In this document: positions 25,706-32,000 of the stretch, piece after piece
Layout of the letters: each line of letters opens with the position of its first letter
Position numbering within the stretch: position 1 is the first letter of the stretch
Assembly (NCBI GenBank): GCA_964640155.1
Contig: CAZXEQ010000003.1
Location: 44,189 to 76,188 of the forward strand
Origin: an uncultured bacterium
GTDB taxonomy: Bacteria; Auribacterota; JACPWU01
DNA: 32,000 nt
Reading direction: 5' to 3'
Notes under the pieces: model-generated
What the model was told of the DNA's origin: nothing
Database searches by the model: none
What the model saw: the letters and a program-made list of their open reading frames with translations, nothing else
Program-made: the position numbers and the translations under genes

Positions 25706-26362
25706 ATGCAAAAGCAAACAAAATTAAATCCTTCTCTTTTTGATAAGTTGACTTCGGCAGAGGTTGCTCAACTTAAGAAATATTCTCAGGAAAAAGAATA
25801 TGACAAAGGAGAGATTATTTTTTCAAAAGGAGAACCAGGTAAAGATGTTTGGGTTGTTAAAAAAGGGCGAGTTCATCTTCAAAATATTTCTTACGATGGA
25901 AAAGTAATTACATCATGCATTATGACCTCAGGAGATATTTTTTGTTGTTTACCTGCCTTGGATGGTAAACCTTATACCTCAGATGCCTTGGTTGTTGAAT
26001 CTGCTATCGTTTTAAAGATTCCAGGAGAATTTTTTAGAGGGCTTGTCAGTAAAAATCCGGCCTTTTCTCAAGAAATGATGTGCACATTTTGTGATCGCCT
26101 TCGGGAATCTGAAGATCGTGGTTGCCATGCTTTGGATCCTGCAGAGTTTCGTATTATTCGCCTTCTTTTAACTTTAGGGAAAAAATTTAATAATGAAATT
26201 CCTCTTACAAGACAAGAAATGGCAGAAATTGCAGGCCTTACAGTTGAGACAACGATTCGTATTTTAAGTCGCATGAAAAAAGATGGACTCATTCGTTCTG
26301 TTCGAAGAAAAACCTGCCTTGTTTCCCCAGAAAAACTAGAAGCACTGGTAAAAGAAACTTAA
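25706..26362 (+). CDS. Crp/Fnr-family transcription regulator (paralogue 1, Cys-rich)
   Basis: cNMP-binding-like beta-roll (IIFSKGEPGKDVWVVKKGRVHL). C-terminal HTH LTRQEMAEIAGLTVETTIRILSRM. Cysteines at residues 71, 80, 81, 126, 129 and 140, but no N-terminal FNR-type Cys cluster. Confidence 0.9.
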   Translation: MQKQTKLNPSLFDKLTSAEVAQLKKYSQEKEYDKGEIIFSKGEPGKDVWVVKKGRVHLQNISYDGKVITSCIMTSGDIFCCLPALDGKPYTSDALVVESAIVLKIPGEFFRGLVSKNPAFSQEMMCTFCDRLRESEDRGCHALDPAEFRIIRLLLTLGKKFNNEIPLTRQEMAEIAGLTVETTIRILSRMKKDGLIRSVRRKTCLVSPEKLEALVKET

Positions 26363-26464
26363 AAACAGTAGTTTGCAGTTTTAAAAATAAAATGAATAAA
26401 AAAATCCATAGAAACTGTTTTTTTGAACTACAAATTACGAATTGCGATCTACTGCCTTTCAATG

Positions 26465-26476
26465 TGATTTAAATCA
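26465..26476. promoter_or_regulatory. FNR/CRP-type palindromic box TGATTTAAATCA upstream of Crp/Fnr paralogue 2
   Basis: Perfect 12-bp palindrome within tgTGATttaaATCAta (compare TTGAT-N4-ATCAA). Its centre is about 52 nt upstream of ATG 26523. A TCTAAT -10-like hexamer lies at 26502-26507. Confidence 0.4.
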
Positions 26477-26522
26477 TAAAACCATTTTTCGTTTTCTGTT
26501 CTAATGTGTGCAAGGATAGAAC

Positions 26523-27197
26523 ATGAAAACAGAAGATTTTCTTCAAAAAATAAAAGCGTTTAGTGCTCTTTCTAAAAGTGATTTTTTAAAACTTTGTTCT
26601 CAAACAGAACAAAAGGTGTTTGAAAAAGGTCAAACCATCTTCAAAGAAGGGGATCCTTCGTCTTTTGTTTGGTTGGTTAAGTCAGGATGGGTGCATCTGA
26701 TCAGAAAAGGTTCGAAAGGGACATCAGTAATCCTTTTTACAATGACCCCATATGAGATTCTATGTGGAGTGTCTGCTTTTGATCAAGAACCTTATGCTGC
26801 TGATGGTATTGCGGCGACACAATGCGAACTTCTGAGAATCCCAACGCAAGTATTCACAGGATTTTTAAATGAAAATCCAAAGTTCTGTCGTGAAATTCTT
26901 TCTATATGTTCGAGAAGAATTCGAAAAATGGCTCAAAAATTAGGTAGTATGAATGACCCCGTCTCACATCGTATTGCAAAAGTACTTCTGGCTTCTATGG
27001 AAGATTTTGGAAAAGAGATTCCTCTGACTCATCGTGAAATTGCTCAAATGGTAGGAGCTCGAACTGAAACGTCAATTCGTACTTTTAGAATACTTAGAGA
27101 AAAAAATTTTTTAAAAATCAAAAGAGCTTGTATTGAAATTGAATATCCTTCTCTTCTTCAAAAAGAACTTCGTAATTGGCTTAAAGTAGATTTTTAA
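26523..27197 (+). CDS. Crp/Fnr-family transcription regulator (paralogue 2)
   Basis: TIFKEGDPSSFVWLVKSGWVHL beta-roll block. HTH LTHREIAQMVGARTETSIRTFRIL. Confidence 0.9.
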   Translation: MKTEDFLQKIKAFSALSKSDFLKLCSQTEQKVFEKGQTIFKEGDPSSFVWLVKSGWVHLIRKGSKGTSVILFTMTPYEILCGVSAFDQEPYAADGIAATQCELLRIPTQVFTGFLNENPKFCREILSICSRRIRKMAQKLGSMNDPVSHRIAKVLLASMEDFGKEIPLTHREIAQMVGARTETSIRTFRILREKNFLKIKRACIEIEYPSLLQKELRNWLKVDF

Positions 27198-27285
27198 GGC
27201 TTGTGCTATAAGGCTGTGAGGTGTCTTATAAACTACGAATTTTTTAGTAAAAATAGTATATTATGGATTTAGGGGGCTTCGAAAA

Positions 27286-28221
27286 ATGTCACTTAAATCT
27301 AAATTGGCTATTGTAGGCTTTTTATTGGGCTTTGGGAGCCCTTTGGGTTGGTTGTTTATTCAATTTTGTTTTCAGCATGAACATGGGTTGTATTCTTTTT
27401 CTATTCGTCAAATCTGCGTAGAAAGAAATTTATATATTTATCTCACAGCAGCAACCTCTTTTTTCTTTAGTATTTTCGGATATTTTGTTGGTCTGCTCAT
27501 GCAAAAAATAAAAGAAAAAGATGAGCTCTATCGAAAAATGGTAAGTGTGGTGGCTCATGAGTTGAGAACTCCGTTGACTTGCATCAAGGGAAGAATTGAT
27601 TTGGCCTTGCAGGGCACTTATGGAAATTTGATTCCTGAACTTGAAATTGCTCTTCAGAAAGCACAGCAAGGTTGTGAACAAATTAGTGAATTAATTTCTC
27701 GCTATTTAGATTTAGCTAGAATTGAGCATGGTGAGTCAAAACCTCATTTTCGAAGAATAAACCTCATAAAAGATGTTATTTCTCCAGTGATTGAGGAGAT
27801 AAGAGACTTTTCTGAGAGTTATAAAATAAGTTTGGATTTTAAAAATTTTACTAATTCAAATCCTCCTTTGATTTTGGGTGATATTCAATGGTTAAAAATT
27901 GCATTAAAGAATTTATTATCTAATGGCATTAAATATGGGTATCAAGGGACGGTACTGGAGATTCGTCTAAGTGAATCCCCGAATGAGTTTCAATTGGAGA
28001 TTCTGAATCAAGGTATTGGAGTTCCCATCAAATACCAGAAAGAAATTTTTGAGAAGTTTCAAAGTGTTCCTTATCACAATAAGGAATATAAAAAAGGCAC
28101 AGGACTTGGTTTGTATATTGTTGAAGAGATTTTAGATCAACATGAGGGAAAAATTCGTTGTGAAAGTGAAGTCGGGAAATGGGCTAATTTTATTGTGACT
28201 TTGCCTAAAAAAAGATCATAA
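27286..28221 (+). CDS. Sensor histidine kinase (two TM helices, minimal external loop, HisKA + HATPase_c)
   Basis: H-box VVAHELRTPLT, N-box LLSNGIKYG, G-boxes GIGVP and GTGLGLYIV. No HAMP or PAS domain. No response regulator gene anywhere in the window. Confidence 0.9.
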   Translation: MSLKSKLAIVGFLLGFGSPLGWLFIQFCFQHEHGLYSFSIRQICVERNLYIYLTAATSFFFSIFGYFVGLLMQKIKEKDELYRKMVSVVAHELRTPLTCIKGRIDLALQGTYGNLIPELEIALQKAQQGCEQISELISRYLDLARIEHGESKPHFRRINLIKDVISPVIEEIRDFSESYKISLDFKNFTNSNPPLILGDIQWLKIALKNLLSNGIKYGYQGTVLEIRLSESPNEFQLEILNQGIGVPIKYQKEIFEKFQSVPYHNKEYKKGTGLGLYIVEEILDQHEGKIRCESEVGKWANFIVTLPKKRS

Positions 28222-28232
28222 GGGTGATGTAA

Positions 28233-29186
28233 ATGGGTTATCTTTTTGGGCCTGTTCTATCGAAACGTCTTGGAAAATCTTTGGGATTGGATGTTGTTCC
28301 TCATAAGATTTGCAATTTTGATTGTGTTTATTGTGAATGTGGGAAAACAACGGCCAAGATCAATCGTCGCGGACGTTTTGTGAAAATGGATCACTTAATA
28401 AATGAGGTTGAATATTATATATCCATTTTTGGTGATACAGATTTTGATGTTATCACCGTCACAGGATCAGGTGAGCCGACATTAGAAATACAGCTCAAAT
28501 CCATTATTGAATATCTTCAAAAAAGGGTTAGTAAACCCATTGCTGTTTTAACCAATGCTTCTTTGATGATGGATTTAGAAGTTCAAGAGGTTTTAAGTCT
28601 AGCAGATGTTATTCTTCCTTCTTTAGATGCTGTAAGTCCTGATATTTTCCAAAAAGTAGATCAATCGGATCAATCTATTAAAATTGAAAATATTATTTCT
28701 GGATTAATTGATTTTAGAAAACATTATCCCAAAGTACAACTTTGGCTTGAGATTCTGATGGTCAAAGGAGTCAATGATCATTTTGATGAGATCAAAAAGC
28801 TGAAAGAAGTTATTACTCTGATTCAGCCTCATCAAGTTCATGTGGGTACGGTGACACGACCTCCTGCCTATACCCAAACTGAACCCATTTCTCAAAGTAA
28901 ACTTTTAGAAATACAAAATTTTTTATGGCCTAAAAGTATTTTACCTTTTGATGGACACTGCCTTCCTTTGGGTGAATTAGAAGTTTTGAAGGAAGATAAG
29001 GTAGTAGCGTTTCAGAGAGTTCTTGATACTTTAAAAAGAAGACCTTGTCCTTTTGAAGAGTTGAAACTTTCTGCAAATGGGATGTCAGAAGAAAGTCTTA
29101 AAAAGCAATTGGATTTATGGATTAATCAAGGGTTGATTCAAGAGGTAAAAAAAGAGAATAAAATTTTTTTTGTTTACTGCTTCTGA
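28233..29186 (+). CDS. Radical SAM protein of unknown function with a winged-helix-like C-terminal part
   Basis: The N-terminal FGPVLSKRLGKSLGLDVVPHKICNFDCVYCECG contains the CxxxCxxC cluster motif. The gene starts 11 nt after the kinase gene, so the two are probably co-transcribed. Confidence 0.85.
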   Translation: MGYLFGPVLSKRLGKSLGLDVVPHKICNFDCVYCECGKTTAKINRRGRFVKMDHLINEVEYYISIFGDTDFDVITVTGSGEPTLEIQLKSIIEYLQKRVSKPIAVLTNASLMMDLEVQEVLSLADVILPSLDAVSPDIFQKVDQSDQSIKIENIISGLIDFRKHYPKVQLWLEILMVKGVNDHFDEIKKLKEVITLIQPHQVHVGTVTRPPAYTQTEPISQSKLLEIQNFLWPKSILPFDGHCLPLGELEVLKEDKVVAFQRVLDTLKRRPCPFEELKLSANGMSEESLKKQLDLWINQGLIQEVKKENKIFFVYCF

Positions 29187-29193
29187 ATTTGTT

Positions 29194-31899
29194 CTAATGC
29201 GTTTTCTCTGATAGTTTGAGTATTGCTTTGAGTGTGCGATCGCCTTCTTGAATTGTAAATCCCATTTTTCGGCAAATGTGTTGCATTGCTTTATTTGAAG
29301 GAAGAAGTTCTGCAATGATATGGTGTATTTTCTCTTTATATCCGATTTGTATCAATTGTCTTAAGAGCTCGCTTCCTAGTCCTTGAGTTTGATAGGTGTC
29401 TGTGATAAGAATGGCAAATTCTGCTTCTTCGTCATGAGAGAGTTTACTAAGTCTACCTACACCAATAATTTCTTCTTTTTGTGTTTTTATATTTTTATGA
29501 ATAGCGACTAACGCCATTTCTCGATCATAATCAATAAAACATCTTCTCATTAAGCGTTCATGTGCAATTCTTTGGTCCAGGCCCAGAGTTTCAAAAAATC
29601 TCATGTAGACGCTTTGTTCTGAGAGTGTTTGGTGAAATAAAATCATGAGAGGCTCATCCTCTGGGCGTATGGGCCTAATGGTAACTGAAAGCCCTTTTTT
29701 TGTTTTCCAGGTGTTGACGTATTGTGAAGGGTAGGGACGAATTGCAGGTTTTGAAATTTCATCAAGTTTTGTTTGAGATTCATAAAGAACAATACGGGCA
29801 TCTACCGCGATTATTTTTTCTGATGAAGCAATCAGAGGATTAATATCAATTTCTTTAATCCATTTTTGTTCAAGGATGAGTTGGCTGAATTGAACTAATA
29901 TTTTTTCTAGATATGAAAGATCCACACTTTTTGATCCTCGTACTCCTTTGAGTGCAGAATAAATCCGTGTGTGTTCCATGAGTCGCCGTGCGAGCGTTGT
30001 GTTCAGAGGGGGAAGGGCTAAAGCATGGTCTTTAAATATTTCAACAAGTTGTCCTCCTGCTCCAAAAAGAATGACGGGTCCTAATTGAGGATCAGGGCTG
30101 CTACCTAGAATGATTTCTAGACCTTCTCTCTTAATCATGGGTTGAACTGTGACGCCTTGAAAATGTTTGGCTCCTTGTTTTTGTGTGATAGAAGTTTGAA
30201 TTTCCTGATAAGCCTTCTTTACTTCCAACGCATTTCCAAGATTAAGTTTAACTCCACCAACATCTGTTTTGTGAGTGATGGTGTGAGAGTAAAGTTTAAG
30301 TACGACGGGATAACCTAGTTTTTTGGATGTTTCTAAGGCTTCCTCTTCTGTTTTTGCGACTACTGTTTTGACTGTTGGGATACCATAGGCAGAAAGAATT
30401 TCTTTTGATTCTGTTTCAGTTAGAAGGGTTCGATTCTCCTGTTGGGCTGAACAAATAATTTTTTGACAAATAATGTGATTTGTTTTTTCTTCATCACTCA
30501 GAGGAAGGGAAGGGGTTTCGTATAAACTGTTAAGATTTTTTTCATATTTCCACATATAGTTAAATATTCGTACAGCTGTGTCTGGGTAAGGAAAGGTTGG
30601 AATATGAGAGCGGTTTAATAGGGCTTGTCCGGCTGCAACATCCATACCTCCCATCCAGCTTGTTAAAATAGGTTTATTCAAGTGATGTGCTTGCAATGCG
30701 AGCTGTTCTGCTGTTTGGGTTGGAAGGGTCATGGCTTGAGGGGTCAAAATCACTAAAAATCCATCGCAAGAGGACTCTTGCGCTACAATTTCTAAAGCTT
30801 GTGTGAATCGCTGGGGACTTGCATCCCCTAAAATATCTATTGGGTTGTTATGACTCCACTCCAAAGGTAGAACTTTATTTAAAGCTTCTATGGTTTTTGG
30901 AGCTAAAGGGGCAAGTTCCCCTCCACCTGCAATCAGTGCATCTGTAGCAAGTACTCCTGCGCCCCCTGCATTTGTGACAATAGCAAGTTTAGGTCCCTTA
31001 GGACGAGGTTGTTTTGCTAGAACTTCTGACATATAAAAAAGATCAGAAATGGTGTTAACTCTCAAAACACCACTTCGCTTGAATGCTGCTTCAAGGGCTT
31101 CGTCACTCCCTGTCATGGCTCCTGTATGCGAAGCCGCTGCTTTTGCAGCCGCTTCTGTATGGCCTGCTTTAAGGATGATAATGGGCTTGTTAAGAGCAAC
31201 TTCTCTGGCTGCAGATAAAAATGAACGTGCGTCACCGATCGATTCCATATAGATGATGATGCTTCTAGTATGAGGATCATTTCCTAGATAATCAATCATG
31301 TCACCCCACCCGACGTTTAGCATAGATCCCAGTGAGATAAAGGCACTAAATCCAAAATTTTCTTTAATGCTCCAATCTAGAATAGAAGTGCAAAGAGCTC
31401 CGCTTTGACTCACAAATGCAATGCTTCCTGGATTTGCAGAGGCTCGCGCAAAGGTGGCATTGAGTCCCTTTATAGGATTCATAATGCCAAGACAGTTGGG
31501 CCCAATAAGTGGCATTTTCCCTCGCTTTAAATGCTGAAGGATTTTTCCTTCTAGCTGAATACCCTGCGGACCACATTCCTTAAACCCTGCGGATATAACA
31601 ATGGCACTCTTAACTTTTGAATCAATACACTCGCCAATAATGTCAGGAACGGTAGGGGCAGGTGTAACAACAATGGCTAAATCAATAGGATCAGGGATGG
31701 ATGAAATATTTGTATAGCTTTTAATCCCCATCACACTTTTTCGATTTGGATTGACAGGGAAAACAGTGCCTCCAAAAGGAGTGCTGATTAAATTCCAAAG
31801 AATGGTTCTTCCAACGCTCCCAATTCTTTCTGTTGCTCCAATGACAGCAACATTTTTTGGAGAAAAAACAGCATCTAGGGGATGAGGTTGATAGCGCAA
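29194..31899 (-). CDS. Pat-like fusion: NDP-forming acyl-CoA synthetase (alpha+beta, ATP-grasp) plus C-terminal GNAT acetyltransferase
   Basis: CoA-binding N-terminus [17 protein letters not shown]. Phosphohistidine-loop-like [14 protein letters not shown]-grasp block YGIPTV...[31 protein letters not shown] block [16 protein letters not shown]. 901 aa, comparable to enterobacterial Pat. Confidence 0.9.
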   Translation of the reverse strand: MRYQPHPLDAVFSPKNVAVIGATERIGSVGRTILWNLISTPFGGTVFPVNPNRKSVMGIKSYTNISSIPDPIDLAIVVTPAPTVPDIIGECIDSKVKSAIVISAGFKECGPQGIQLEGKILQHLKRGKMPLIGPNCLGIMNPIKGLNATFARASANPGSIAFVSQSGALCTSILDWSIKENFGFSAFISLGSMLNVGWGDMIDYLGNDPHTRSIIIYMESIGDARSFLSAAREVALNKPIIILKAGHTEAAAKAAASHTGAMTGSDEALEAAFKRSGVLRVNTISDLFYMSEVLAKQPRPKGPKLAIVTNAGGAGVLATDALIAGGGELAPLAPKTIEALNKVLPLEWSHNNPIDILGDASPQRFTQALEIVAQESSCDGFLVILTPQAMTLPTQTAEQLALQAHHLNKPILTSWMGGMDVAAGQALLNRSHIPTFPYPDTAVRIFNYMWKYEKNLNSLYETPSLPLSDEEKTNHIICQKIICSAQQENRTLLTETESKEILSAYGIPTVKTVVAKTEEEALETSKKLGYPVVLKLYSHTITHKTDVGGVKLNLGNALEVKKAYQEIQTSITQKQGAKHFQGVTVQPMIKREGLEIILGSSPDPQLGPVILFGAGGQLVEIFKDHALALPPLNTTLARRLMEHTRIYSALKGVRGSKSVDLSYLEKILVQFSQLILEQKWIKEIDINPLIASSEKIIAVDARIVLYESQTKLDEISKPAIRPYPSQYVNTWKTKKGLSVTIRPIRPEDEPLMILFHQTLSEQSVYMRFFETLGLDQRIAHERLMRRCFIDYDREMALVAIHKNIKTQKEEIIGVGRLSKLSHDEEAEFAILITDTYQTQGLGSELLRQLIQIGYKEKIHHIIAELLPSNKAMQHICRKMGFTIQEGDRTLKAILKLSEKTH

Positions 31900-32000
31900 A
31901 ATATCATGTGCTGGATCTTGTTTTGATGCAGATTCTAGAGGAGAGGAAATAGGTTTTTTTTGTTCGGAGTTTAATGAGGTTTTGTTTTCTTGTTTTGATT

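Noticed and set aside
26363-26440. Possible terminator or structure after Crp/Fnr paralogue 1 (aaaaacag...ctgttttttt and gtagtt...aactac).
   Set aside because: The complementary segments are in non-nested order with a loop of about 50 nt. No compact hairpin precedes the T-run.
31929-31942. TTGATgcagATTCT upstream of the Pat-like gene as a Crp/Fnr site.
   Set aside because: The right half-site matches only 2 of 5 positions, which is indistinguishable from chance in AT-rich DNA.
1-32000. Search for defence systems, CRISPR arrays, toxin-antitoxin pairs, retrons, prophage or transposon genes.
   Set aside because: There are no repeat-spacer arrays. There is no reverse transcriptase, integrase, transposase, nuclease-helicase or small paired toxin-antitoxin ORF. 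The gene content is core metabolism, envelope, repair and regulation.

Overview
This is an AT-rich, tightly packed chromosomal segment with about 36 protein-coding genes, almost all housekeeping or metabolic. I saw no rRNA, tRNA, CRISPR array, transposase, integrase, phage genes or recognisable defence genes. All protein calls rest on motifs read by eye in the supplied translations; no searches were run.

Gene content:
- **Envelope and secreted proteins:** DUF1573 protein, a tetrahaem cytochrome fusion, PDZ, LysM/YkuD, TPR and SH3b proteins.
- **Housekeeping:** an ABC-F ATPase, folD, cutA and a pseudouridine synthase.
- **Glycogen:** a DUF4912 + GH57 branching-enzyme pair.
- **Signalling and lipid:** a membrane SpoIIE/PP2C phosphatase and a PAP2 phosphatase.
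- **Oxidative-damage and repair genes in a loose cluster:** dinB, cupin-trxB, nrnA, mutT, a flavin reductase and nth.
- **Anaerobic carbon module:** class I aldolase plus a two-subunit 2-oxoacid:ferredoxin oxidoreductase.
- **Regulatory island:** two Crp/Fnr paralogues, an orphan histidine kinase and a radical SAM gene, followed by a convergent Pat-like protein (ADP-forming acyl-CoA synthetase fused to GNAT).

A 49-aa 'small basic protein' ORF and the DUF1573 content suggest an uncultivated anaerobic PVC-type bacterium such as Omnitrophota. That is inference only.

I do not see a clear novel multi-gene system. The observations most worth a second look are non-coding or architectural:
1. A displaced second copy of the last 14 codons of trxB lies 182 nt downstream of the intact gene. 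It differs almost only at synonymous sites and is bracketed by an 8-bp direct repeat.
2. Three structured islands sit in otherwise AT-rich spacers: a 6S-like rod at 2905-3077, an inverted-repeat-flanked GC-rich element at 12219-12371, and a 71% GC element at 21743-21826.
3. The Crp/Fnr-Crp/Fnr-kinase-radical SAM island lies between the oxidoreductase and the Pat-like gene.
4. A degenerate phosphoesterase is fused to a tetrahaem cytochrome.
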